A stretch of DNA of 64,000 nucleotides. It comes from an uncultured Actinomycetes bacterium (lineage in GTDB: Bacteria > Actinomycetota > Acidimicrobiia > IMCC26256 > PALSA-555). Below the pieces are notes generated by a model. That model was not told where the DNA came from and did not search any database. It saw only the letters and a program-made list of their open reading frames with translations. Both the position numbers and the translations under genes were made by a program. Positions 27,655-38,729 of this stretch are shown here, piece after piece; position 1 is the first letter of the stretch; every line of letters begins with the position of its first letter. The stretch covers positions 225,154 through 289,153 of the forward strand of contig OY970233.1 in the NCBI GenBank assembly GCA_963714105.1, read 5' to 3'.

Positions 27655-28592
27655 GGCACCCAGGTTGCCAGCAGTGAGGGCAGCAGCGCGCACGGATTGT
27701 CGGGGGTCGCGTGCCACGTGATGCGCGGATCGCGCCGGAACCACATCCGCTGCCGGCGGGCGAGGGAGCGGGTCCGGCGGTCGATGGCCGTGTAGACGGC
27801 GTCGTCGGGCTCCTCGCCCCGCTCGAGTGCTTCGGTGAGCTCCTGGTAGCCGATGGCCTGTCGGGCGGTGCGGCTGAGCCCGCCGTCGCGGAGGGCCCGG
27901 CGCACCTCGTCGGCGAACCCGCGGCTGCGCATGTCGTCGACGCGGTCGCGGATGCGGCGGCCGAGCTCGCCTCGGGGCAGCCAGACGCCGGTCATCCGCA
28001 CCGGGAACGCGGTGGGGCCGTGGGCGTGGACGCCGGGGCCGAAGGCGGAGAAGGGCCGGCCGGTGAGCTCGATGACCTCGAGGGCGCGGACGATCCGCCT
28101 CGCGTTGTGGGGGTCGATCCGGGCGGCCGCGGCGGGGTCGCGCGATTCGAGCTCGGCGTACGCGGCGGCGATCCCACCCGGCTCGCGGGTGCGGTCCTCA
28201 AGGCGGGCTCGGAGCGCGAGGTCCTCGCCGGGGAAGCGGAGATCATCGAGGACGGCTTGCACGTAGAGGCCGGTGCCGCCGACGAGGAGCGCGCGGTGAC
28301 CGCGGGCTTCGATCTGGTCGACGAGGGCGCGGGCTTCGGTCTGGGTTCTGGCCGCCGACCAGTCCTCGGTCGCGTCGGCGACGTCGATCAGGTGGTGGGG
28401 TGCGACGCGGCGCGCCGCGGCGTCGGGTTTCGCGGTCCCGACGTCGAGTCCGCGGTACACCTGCATCGAGTCGAGGGACACGATCTCGAGGTCGCCGAGC
28501 GCGCGGGCCGCTTCGACGGCGAGCATCGACTTCCCGGACGCGGTGAGCCCGACGAGGGCCAGGTGCGTGACCGTCGGTGTCCCTCGGCTCAG
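27651..28592 (-). CDS. miaA: tRNA dimethylallyltransferase
   Basis: LALVGLTASGKS upstream and in frame with DSMQVYRGLDVGTAKP, VGGTGLY, RRIVRALEV, QAIGY, RRQRMWF. Start codon uncertain. Confidence 0.93.
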   Translation of the reverse strand: MSRGTPTVTHLALVGLTASGKSMLAVEAARALGDLEIVSLDSMQVYRGLDVGTAKPDAAARRVAPHHLIDVADATEDWSAARTQTEARALVDQIEARGHRALLVGGTGLYVQAVLDDLRFPGEDLALRARLEDRTREPGGIAAAYAELESRDPAAAARIDPHNARRIVRALEVIELTGRPFSAFGPGVHAHGPTAFPVRMTGVWLPRGELGRRIRDRVDDMRSRGFADEVRRALRDGGLSRTARQAIGYQELTEALERGEEPDDAVYTAIDRRTRSLARRQRMWFRRDPRITWHATPDNPCALLPSLLATWVP

Positions 28593-29945
28593 GCGGCGGT
28601 GACGGGGATCCGGGCGCGGGGTGCGCCGGTGAGCCAGTGTGGAGCGGCGTCGGTGACCCGGACCCGCGCGTAGCAGCCCGGTTCCAGGCCGTCGCCGGCG
28701 GGGACGTGGACGAGCTTGCCCTGGCGGGTGCGTCCGCTGACCCGGCTGGCGTCACGCTTCGAGGGGCCGTCGACGAGGATCTCCTCGGTGCGGCCGACCG
28801 CGCGCCTGATGACGGGCGAGGGCGTGGTGTTCGACGACCTCGGTGAGGCGGGCCATGCGTTCCTGGGTGACCTCGGCGGGAAGCATCTCGTCGGTGAGCG
28901 CAGCGGCGGGCGTCCCGGGCCGGGGCGAGAACACGAAGGTGTAGGCGGCGTCGAACCCGGCGGTGTCGACCACGTCGAGCGTGCGTTCGAAGTCGGCGTC
29001 GGTCTCGCCCGGGAACCCGACGATGATGTCGGTCGTGACGGCGAGGTCGGGGATGGCTTGGCGGGCCGCGTCGAGGCGGCGCAGGTAGCGCTCGGCGGTG
29101 TAGCCGCGGTGCATGCGCGCCAACGTGCGATCGCTGCCCGCTTGGAGCGGGAGGTGAAGCTGCTCGCATACCGCGTCGCATTCGGCCATCGCGGCGATGG
29201 TGTCGGGGCGAAGGTCCTTCGGGTGGGGGGACGTGTAGCGGATGCGGCGGATGCCGTCGACCGCGTCGACAGCACGCAGCAGGTCCGCGAATTGGGGCTG
29301 GTACTGGCCGGCGCCGAGGTCGCGCCCGTAGGAGTTGACGTTCTGCCCGAGGAGCGTGACCTCGCTGACCCCGTCTACGGCGAGGCCTTCGATCTCGCGG
29401 ACGATGTCCCCGACGCGGCGGCTGCTCTCGGCGCCTCGGACGATCGGGACGATGCAGAAGGTGCACGAGTTGTCGCAGCCGATCTGGATCGTGACCCACG
29501 CCGAGTGGTTCGAGGCGCGCCGGGCCGGGAGCGAGGATGGGTCACCGAGCTGCTCGTCGACGATCTCGACAACTGGCCCGTGGCGTTTCGCCTGGTCGAG
29601 GAGCGCCGCGGCGCGGGTCAGGTTGTGGGTGCCAAAGACGACGTCGACGTGCCCGGCTCGTTCGAGGATCCCGGATCCGTCCTTTTGGGCGAGGCAGCCA
29701 CCGACGGCGATCTGGAGCCCGGGCCGGCGGGCCTTGAGGGCCTTGAGGTGGCCGAGATGGCCGTAGAGGCGGTTGTCGGCGTTCTCTCGGATGCAGCAGG
29801 TGTTGAGGACGATGACGTCGGCGGCTTCGGGGTCGTCGGTCGCCTCGAGGCCCTCCGCGGCGAGCATCCCCGCGAGCCGCTCAGAGTCGTGCTCGTTCAT
29901 CTGGCACCCGAAGGTGCGGACGTGGAAGCGCCGGGCCATCGCCAT
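28589..29945 (-). CDS. miaB: tRNA-i6A37 methylthiotransferase (frameshift near 28810)
   Basis: TFGCQMNEHDSE, NTCCIRE, GCDNSCTFC radical SAM motif, YTSPHP; the TRAM domain continues in another frame. Confidence 0.93.
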
Positions 29946-29982
29946 TCGAGTCTACGGGCCGGCTCTGTCAGGATCGCCGGCC

Positions 29983-30706
29983 GTGCACGTCACCCTCACC
30001 GTCTTCCTGGTCGCCGCCACGGTCGTCTCGATCGGCTCACTGGTGCAGGGGTCGGTGGGCTTCGGGCTCAATCTGCTCTCGGCGCCCTTCATCGCCATCG
30101 TGGTCCCCGCCGCGCTCCCCGCCACGCTGGTGCTGGTCGCGTTCCCGTTGGCCGTGTCGACGCTCGTGCGTGAGCATCACGCGGTCGAACCCCGACCGTT
30201 GCGGTGGATGCTGCTCGGTGCGGTCCCGGGGACGCTGGTCGGGTTGGCCATCATCGGGCAGGTCGACAGCAACGAGCTGGCGATCGTCGTCGGCGGCATC
30301 ACCCTCACGGGCGTCGCGCTGAGCGTGGTGTCTCCCCCGGTGCCGATCAACCCGCTCACGTCGGTGATCGCCGGGCTCGCCTCGAACATGTTCGGGACCG
30401 CCTCGTCGGTGGGTGGCCCGCCGGTGGCGCTGCTGTTCCAGCACCGCCACGGCCCCGCGACCCGCTCGACGCTCGGCGGGTTCTTCTCCGCGAGCGCGCT
30501 CCTCTCGATCATCGGCTACGTCGCGATCGGCAAGATCACGGCCGATCAGGCGTGGTTCGCGCTCAGCCTGGCCCCGTTCATGATCGTGGGGTTGTGGACC
30601 AGTCGCCATTTCCACGGTCTCGTGGACTCGGGCTGGCTGCGTCCCGCGCTCCTGACCCTGTCCGCGACCGCTGGAGCCGGTCGCGATCCTCCACGCGGTC
30701 GCGTAG
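29983..30706 (+). CDS. sulfite exporter TauE/SafE family membrane protein (probable frameshift near 30678)
   Basis: VQGSVGFGL, GAVPGTLVG, ASSVGGPPVALL; multi-TM. Removing one base gives ...AILHAVA* at 30706. Confidence 0.8.
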
Positions 30707-30777
30707 ACGAGGAGACGAGCGGTGGCGGGGACGGTGGCCCCCGCCACCAGGCGCGCCTGGGCCTTGCGCTGGAAGAG

Positions 30778-32913
<2,136 letters not shown>

Positions 32914-32963
32914 CGTGGTCCTCCTGGCTTGCCGGCGAGTCGCCGAAGCGGTCGTGTTCAGAC

Positions 32964-32985
32964 CTTCTACGACGGGGGTGTGACA
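32964..32985 (-). promoter_or_regulatory. RecA-NDp/PafBC-like promoter motif
   Basis: TGTCAC-N10-TAGAAG; near-identical copy at 22643-22664. Confidence 0.5.
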
Positions 32986-33016
32986 CGGCCACGCCCTGGT
33001 CGCAGCGTACCGTCGT

Positions 33017-33034
33017 GATTACACCCGTGTAATT
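33017..33034. promoter_or_regulatory. palindromic operator upstream of recA (McdR/BldO-like)
   Basis: G-ATTACAC-CC-GTGTAAT-T, an AT-rich perfect inverted repeat in GC-rich DNA. Confidence 0.55.
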
Positions 33035-33050
33035 ACCAGTGCACCGTATC

Positions 33051-33064
33051 CGAACAGACGTTCG
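33051..33064. promoter_or_regulatory. LexA box upstream of recA
   Basis: CGAAC-AGAC-GTTCG. Confidence 0.88.
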
Positions 33065-33067
33065 GGA

Positions 33068-33625
33068 TCAAGCACCGAAGGGCAGCCGGGCCCGGACCGT
33101 GTACACGGCGCCGTCGGGCCGGGTGTCGCTCTCGACCAGCGCGAGCTCCCCTACCGTCCAGGCCGGGCCGACCGGCGTGGCGCCGAACGCGTCGAAGGGC
33201 CGGGTGAGGGAGCGGGGCCGGGCGAGGCGACCGACGGTGAGGTGCGGCCGGTACGGGCCCGACTCGGGCGAGTGGCCGAGCGCGGCGGCCGCCGCCTGCA
33301 CGACCGCGACGAGCCGCTCGAGCGGCGCGGGGTCCTCGACGCCGATCCACGTGACGGCGGCGCGACGGGGCGTCGGGAACGCGCCCGCGCCCGCGAGTCG
33401 GACCGTAAACGGGGAGACGGGCTGGATGGCGTCGCGGATCGCGTTGGCGAGCGCGTCCGCGTCGGCGACGGCACCGAGGAACTGCACGGTGAGGTGCCAT
33501 TGGTTCCGCGGGAGCCAACGGATCGAGGGCTCCGTCGCGCGGAGCAGCTCGAGTCGCGCGTCGACGGCGTCGAGCACCGGGTCGGGAGGCACGACGGCGA
33601 GGAACGCCCGCGCCAGGCGGGTCAC
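33068..33625 (-). CDS. thpR: RNA 2',3'-cyclic phosphodiesterase (2H family)
   Basis: RAFLAV, WHLTVQFLG, PHLTVGR (two HxT motifs); between cinA and recA. Confidence 0.9.
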   Translation of the reverse strand: MTRLARAFLAVVPPDPVLDAVDARLELLRATEPSIRWLPRNQWHLTVQFLGAVADADALANAIRDAIQPVSPFTVRLAGAGAFPTPRRAAVTWIGVEDPAPLERLVAVVQAAAAALGHSPESGPYRPHLTVGRLARPRSLTRPFDAFGATPVGPAWTVGELALVESDTRPDGAVYTVRARLPFGA

Positions 33626-34911
33626 GGCAAGGCGTCGAGGCGCAAGCGGAGCAGGTTCAGCAGGGAGATGGTGGCGAACTGGCGGACGCGGAACCGGTCG
33701 CCGGGGAGTCGGGTCTCGACCGCTTCGGGTGGCGCGCCGGGGACGGCGAGGCCGAACCAGACGGTGCCGGGCGGCTGACCGTCTTGGGGGCTGGGACCGG
33801 CGACGCCGGTGACCGAGATCCCGACGTCGGCGCCGAGGACCTGTTGCGCGCCCTGGGCCATCTGCTCGGCGCACTCGCGGCTGACGACGTGCTCTGCTGT
33901 GACGGCGAGGACGTCGCGTTTGACGTCGGTGGCGTACGAGGCGATCGATCCTCGGAACGTCTCGCTCGCTCCGGGGACGTCGGCAATGCGGGCACCGACG
34001 AGGCCGCCGGTGAGCGACTCGGCGACCCCGAGGGTCCAGCCTCGGGTCCGGAGTCGGGCGAGCACGGCGTGCTCCATGGTCTCGTCGTCGACGCCGAAGA
34101 TGAGGTCGCCGAGCACGGCGCGGAGCTGGTGCTCCTCGTGCGCGATGAGGTCGTGGGCTTCGGGTTCGGTCGGGGCTTTGGCGGTCATGCGGACGTAGAG
34201 CCCCTCGATGCCGCGGGCGAGGAACGCGATGGTGGGGTTGGTCTGCGCGTCGACCTGGTCGGCGATCATCTCGGCGAGCCCCGACTCGGAGGTCCCCCAG
34301 GTCTTGAGGGAGCGGGAGACGATGACCGCGCGTTCTCCGGAGCGTTCGAGCAGGTCGGGGAGGACGTAGTCGGTAATCATCTGCTGCATCTCGTAGGGCA
34401 CGCCGGGTACCGCGTAGACGACTCGGGTGGTCCCGTCGATGGTCACCTCGGCTTGGAGCCCGGGGGCGGTGCCGATCGGGTTCGGGATGACGTCGCCGCC
34501 GGCGGGGACGTCGGCCTGCCGGAGGTTGTTGGCGGGCATGTCGCGGCCGCGGGTGCCGAAGAGCCCGGCGATGTGGTCGATGAGCTCGGGGCGGCGTTCG
34601 AGGTCGACGCCCATCACCGCGGCGATGGCTTCGCGGGTGACGTCGTCGGGCGTCGGTCCGAGCCCGCCGCAGACGACGACGGCGTCGGCTCGTTCGAGCA
34701 GCTCTCGGAGCGCTTCGACCATGCGGGGGAGGTTGTCGCCGACCTTGCGGTGCTCGAACGTGTCGATCCCGACGGCGGCGAGCTGCTCACCGATCCACGC
34801 GCTGTTGGTGTCGACGATCTGGCCGAGGAGGAGCTCGGTGCCGATCGCGAGGACGTCACATCTCACGGGTGTCGCTTGCTCGGGGGTGGGAGACGTCGAG
34901 TGCGGTGTCAT
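33622..34911 (-). CDS. cinA: competence/damage-inducible protein CinA
   Basis: IGTELLLGQIVDTN, GGLGPTPDDVT, GTAPG, AESLTGG, TGVAGP. GTG 34866 is an alternative start. Confidence 0.95.
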   Translation of the reverse strand: MTPHSTSPTPEQATPVRCDVLAIGTELLLGQIVDTNSAWIGEQLAAVGIDTFEHRKVGDNLPRMVEALRELLERADAVVVCGGLGPTPDDVTREAIAAVMGVDLERRPELIDHIAGLFGTRGRDMPANNLRQADVPAGGDVIPNPIGTAPGLQAEVTIDGTTRVVYAVPGVPYEMQQMITDYVLPDLLERSGERAVIVSRSLKTWGTSESGLAEMIADQVDAQTNPTIAFLARGIEGLYVRMTAKAPTEPEAHDLIAHEEHQLRAVLGDLIFGVDDETMEHAVLARLRTRGWTLGVAESLTGGLVGARIADVPGASETFRGSIASYATDVKRDVLAVTAEHVVSRECAEQMAQGAQQVLGADVGISVTGVAGPSPQDGQPPGTVWFGLAVPGAPPEAVETRLPGDRFRVRQFATISLLNLLRLRLDALP

Positions 34912-35512
34912 CGGGTGCGCGCGGGTCGGGTCGCTCCGGGTGGCGGGCCGAGAGGACGAGGTCGACGGCGGAGACGACGGAGAACGCGACCGCGAACCAG
35001 AGCGCGGCGTTGGCGACCCGGTGGAGGTGAGCGGTCGGTGGGAAGAGCACGAACGCGACGGCGAGGAACTGGACGTTGACCTTCCATTTCCCGAGCCGGC
35101 GGGCGGGGACGGAGATCCCCCGCCGGCCGGCGAGGGCCCGCCAGATGGAGATGGCGACCTCGCGGGCGACGACGATGAGCACCGCGAGCCAGGCGAAGTC
35201 GCCGCGGACGGCGAGGGCGAGGAAGCCGCCGGTGACGAGGATCTTGTCGGCGAGGGGGTCGAGGAACGCGCCGGAGCGGGTGGTGCCTTCGCGTCGGGCC
35301 AGCCACCCGTCGAGGAAGTCGGTGATCCAGAGGGCGAGCCACCCGATGAAGGTGCCCCAGGTGGTGTGGCCGGGATGCTGACCGAGGATCCAGAACAGGA
35401 CGGGGACGGCGAACAGGAGCCGGACGACGGTGACCGCGTTGGCGGGGGTCTTGATCGCGGTCTCACCGAAGCGGCGGGCACGCTCCGCGGGGGTCGGCGC
35501 GGCGGGGTTCAC
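34856..35512 (-). CDS. pgsA: CDP-diacylglycerol--glycerol-3-phosphate 3-phosphatidyltransferase
   Basis: TPANAVTVVR, TDFLDGWLARR...GAFLDPLADK, LGKWK. Confidence 0.9.
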   Translation of the reverse strand: MNPAAPTPAERARRFGETAIKTPANAVTVVRLLFAVPVLFWILGQHPGHTTWGTFIGWLALWITDFLDGWLARREGTTRSGAFLDPLADKILVTGGFLALAVRGDFAWLAVLIVVAREVAISIWRALAGRRGISVPARRLGKWKVNVQFLAVAFVLFPPTAHLHRVANAALWFAVAFSVVSAVDLVLSARHPERPDPRAPDDTALDVSHPRASDTREM

Positions 35513-36828
35513 GCGAGGACTTCGACCGGCTCGGCGACGAGGTCGGGGCCGAGCGCGTCGACGGCCTTGGCCCGGACGAGGACGCCGGGGCGGGCGTTGG
35601 CGTCGCGGAGGCGGACGACACCGTCGATCTCGGGGGCTTCTCGGTGGGTGCGGCCGAGGAGGTCGCCGGTGTCGGGGTCGGCGCCGTCGACGAGGACTTC
35701 GAGTTCGGCTCCGACGAGACGGTCGCGGGCCGCGGCGGTGATCGGGGTCTGGGTCTCGTCGCACTCGGTGAGCCATTCGCGGACGACGGTGTCGGGCACG
35801 GTGCCGTCCATCGTCGCGGCGGGGGTGCCGTCCTCACGTGAGTACGCGAAGAAGCCGGCCCAGTCGAGGCGGGCGGCGGTGAGGAAGCGGAGCTGCGCGT
35901 CGTGGGCGGCTTCGGTCTCGCCGGGGAAGCCGACGATGAACGACGACCGGAAGGCGGCGTCGGGGTTGACGGCGCGGATGTCGTCGATGAGGGCGAGGAA
36001 GCGCTCGCCGGAGCCCCAGCGGGCCATGCGGGCGAGGAGGGCCCGGTCGGCGTGTTGGAGGGAGAGGTCGAAGTAGGGCACGACGGTCGGGGTGTCGAGC
36101 ATTGTGTCGAGGAGCGCGCCGCGGACCTCGCTCGGGTAGAGGTAGAGGAGCCGGATGCGGCGCAGCCCGGCGGGGCCGAGCTCGCGGTCGAGGCGGGTGA
36201 GGAGCGGCGCGAGGGCGCGGGGCTTCCCCGCGTCTCGTCCGTACCAGGCGAGGTCTTGGGCGACGAGGACGATCTCGGCGGCGCCGCCGTTGACGAGGGT
36301 GGCGCACTCGGCGACGACCGCGTCGGGCGTCCGGGACCGCTGGGCGCCGCGGAAGGACGGGATGGCGCAGAACCGGCAGGCCCGGTCGCAGCCCTCGGCG
36401 ATCTTGACGTAGGCCCAGGGGGCGAGCGGCGCGGCGCGGGGCAGCTCGAGGAGGTCCCGGACGCCGCGCGGCTTGCGGCGGGACGGGTCGAGGGTGAGGC
36501 CGGCGAGGTCGCCTTCGTGGTCGAACCCGACCACGGCGTCGACTTCGGGGAGGGCGGCGGCGAGGTCGGGGCCGGCCCGTTCGGCGAGGCAGCCGGTGAC
36601 GACGAGCCGGGCGCCGGGCCGGCGGGCCTCGGCGAGGGTGAGGATGGTGTCGACGGACTCCTGTCGGGCCGCTTCGATGAACGCGCAGGTGTTGACGACG
36701 ACGAGGTCGGCGTCGTCGGGCTCGGCCGCGGGTTCGAGGCCGTCGGCGAGCAGTGAGGCGCGCACTTTGTCGGAATCGACGGCGTTCTTGGGACAGCCGA
36801 GGGTTTCGACCCAGAATCGGTCCGCCAC
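35509..36828 (-). CDS. rimO: ribosomal protein S12 methylthiotransferase
   Basis: LGCPKNAVDS, NTCAFIEAA, KIAEGCDRACRFC, YLYP, APEIDG. Confidence 0.95.
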   Translation of the reverse strand: MADRFWVETLGCPKNAVDSDKVRASLLADGLEPAAEPDDADLVVVNTCAFIEAARQESVDTILTLAEARRPGARLVVTGCLAERAGPDLAAALPEVDAVVGFDHEGDLAGLTLDPSRRKPRGVRDLLELPRAAPLAPWAYVKIAEGCDRACRFCAIPSFRGAQRSRTPDAVVAECATLVNGGAAEIVLVAQDLAWYGRDAGKPRALAPLLTRLDRELGPAGLRRIRLLYLYPSEVRGALLDTMLDTPTVVPYFDLSLQHADRALLARMARWGSGERFLALIDDIRAVNPDAAFRSSFIVGFPGETEAAHDAQLRFLTAARLDWAGFFAYSREDGTPAATMDGTVPDTVVREWLTECDETQTPITAAARDRLVGAELEVLVDGADPDTGDLLGRTHREAPEIDGVVRLRDANARPGVLVRAKAVDALGPDLVAEPVEVLA

Positions 36829-36952
36829 GCCGATGATGCTACCGGTGGATAAGACTGCGGCCGGTGGCTGCGAGCACGACCGGTGCGGGGGTTGGGGGTG
36901 GCGGTGCGCACCGGTCGAGGCCGGTACGCGCGGCGCGGCGCAAGCGACGCGG

Positions 36953-37324
36953 GTGGTGACCGGGTCGGGTGGGACGGGCGGGTCGGGGCCGCTCGTCGAG
37001 CTGGGGGTGTGGCCGCGGCTGACCGCGCAGATCCTCCGGGCCCGGTTGGAGACCGCGGGGGTCGACGTGCTCGCCCGCTGGTCGGGTTCACCCGAGGGGT
37101 CGGTGGCGGCGCTGGCGGTCCCGAGCGACCAGGCCGAGTTCGCCCGGGCGGTGGTGGTGGAGCTCGACGTGGACGACGAGGTGCCGGACACGTCACCGGT
37201 CGCGTACGTGAACCGGATCGAGGAGCACCTCGCGGCGCTGGGTGAGCTGCTCGAGGAGCTGAGGAGCCGCCTGGCCGACGGGGAGGACCGCGGGCGGGAC
37301 TCCGGGGAGCGCTCGGACGGCTGA
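36953..37324 (+). CDS. hypothetical protein (DUF2007-like N-terminus, coiled-coil C-terminus)
   Basis: AQILRARLETAGV...LAVPSDQAEFARAVV; codon pattern is coding-like. Confidence 0.6.
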   Translation: MVTGSGGTGGSGPLVELGVWPRLTAQILRARLETAGVDVLARWSGSPEGSVAALAVPSDQAEFARAVVVELDVDDEVPDTSPVAYVNRIEEHLAALGELLEELRSRLADGEDRGRDSGERSDG

Positions 37325-37363
37325 GCGGCGCGGGGCGAGGTGGCGTCGTGCCGCGGGTTGGGG

Positions 37364-37957
37364 TCAAGCCGCGCCGGAGAGGCGCCGGAGGGCGGCTTCG
37401 ACGAGCAGGACGAGGGTCTCTTGGACGTGGGTGCGGCGGCGGGCGTCGCAGAGCACGACGGGGACGTTGGTCGGGACGGAGAGCGCCTCGCGGACCTGGC
37501 GGGGGTGGTGGGTCGCGATCCCGTCGAAGAGGTTGACGGCGACGACGAAGGGCAGGCCGAGGTGTTCGAAGTAGTCGACGGCGGCAAAGCAGTCTTGGAG
37601 GCGGCGGGTGTCGACGAGGACGACGGCGCCGACCGCGCCGCGGACCAGCTCGTCCCAGAGGAACCAGAAGCGGTCTTGACCGGGGGTGCCGAAGAGGTAG
37701 AGGACCATGTCGCGGTCGATGGTGATGCGGCCGAAGTCCATCGCGACGGTGGTTCCATGCTTGGTGCCGGCGACCGGTCCGGGTTGGTCGATGCCGACGC
37801 TCTCGACGGTCATCTCGGCTTCGGTGCGGAGCGGTTCGATCTCCGAGATGGAGCCGATGAAGGTGGTCTTCCCGACCGCGAAGCCGCCGGCGACGACCAT
37901 CTTCATCGTCGTCGGCGCCGCGGCGCGTGGTGGTCGGTCAAAGAGCACGGATGCCAT
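37364..37957 (-). CDS. conservon small GTPase (CvnD/MglA-like)
   Basis: KMVVAGGFAVGKTT, TTVAMDFGRI, LFGTPGQDRFWFLW. Confidence 0.92.
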   Translation of the reverse strand: MASVLFDRPPRAAAPTTMKMVVAGGFAVGKTTFIGSISEIEPLRTEAEMTVESVGIDQPGPVAGTKHGTTVAMDFGRITIDRDMVLYLFGTPGQDRFWFLWDELVRGAVGAVVLVDTRRLQDCFAAVDYFEHLGLPFVVAVNLFDGIATHHPRQVREALSVPTNVPVVLCDARRRTHVQETLVLLVEAALRRLSGAA

Positions 37958-38300
37958 CGAGGAGCCTCTCGAGTAGTCCGACGTCGGTCGCGGCGGAGGG
38001 GGTGGGTGCGTCGACGGTGACCGCGCCGACGGTGGTGAGGTCGTCGACGAGGATCCGCACGACGCCGACGGGGAGGGTGAGCCGACCGGCGAGCTCGGCG
38101 ATCGAGACGGGGTCGACGCTGAGTTCGAGGATGCGGGCGTTCTCGGGGGTGGCGGGGAGCGTGTGGGCGCGGGCGGTCGGGGCGGCGAGCACGGTGGCTT
38201 CGAGGGCGAGGACCGGGCCGGTGGGTTTGGTGCGGCCGCCGGTGAGGACGTAAGGCCGGACGACGCGGGGCAGTCGGGGGGTGGGGCCGGGGCCAGCCAT
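37938..38300 (-). CDS. conservon DUF742 protein (CvnC-like)
   Basis: VVRPYVLTGGRT, SIAELA...LPVGVVRILVDDL, LLERLLDGIRAL. Confidence 0.92.
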   Translation of the reverse strand: MAGPGPTPRLPRVVRPYVLTGGRTKPTGPVLALEATVLAAPTARAHTLPATPENARILELSVDPVSIAELAGRLTLPVGVVRILVDDLTTVGAVTVDAPTPSAATDVGLLERLLDGIRAL

Positions 38301-38306
38301 GGGGCG

Positions 38307-38729
38307 CTACTGGGGCAGCGCGGTCTGGAGCTCCGCGACGACGGCGGGGGTGAGTGCGGCGGCGCACCGTTCGACGAGGACGGCCATCTCGTAACCGATG
38401 AGCCCGACGTCGCAGGGTCGGGTGGCGGTGACCGCGAGCGCGGAGGTGTCGCTCACGCTCATCACGAACAAGATGGCGTGCTCGAACTCGACGATGGTTT
38501 CGTGGACGGCGCCGCCGTGCAACGGTCCCGCGGCGCCTCGGGCGATGCTCTGGATGCCGGCGGCGACGGCGGAGAGCCGGTCCGCGGCGGTGCGGTCGAG
38601 GCCGTCGGACATGGCGATCAGCAGCCCGTCGGAGGACACGACGGCAGCTTGGGTGACGCCGGGGACGCCGGCGACGAAGTTGGAGACGAGCCAGTTGAGG
38701 TTGCGGGCTTCGCTGCTGAGCCGGATCAC
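38307..38729 (-). CDS. conservon roadblock/LC7 protein (CvnB/MglB-like)
   Basis: LNWLVSNFV...AAVVSSDGLL...DVGLIGYEMAVLV. Confidence 0.92.
   Translation of the reverse strand: MIRLSSEARNLNWLVSNFVAGVPGVTQAAVVSSDGLLIAMSDGLDRTAADRLSAVAAGIQSIARGAAGPLHGGAVHETIVEFEHAILFVMSVSDTSALAVTATRPCDVGLIGYEMAVLVERCAAALTPAVVAELQTALPQ

Noticed and set aside
29946-30777. Absence of recX after recA
   Set aside because: A TauE gene sits there instead, but recX may lie elsewhere. This cannot be judged from the window.
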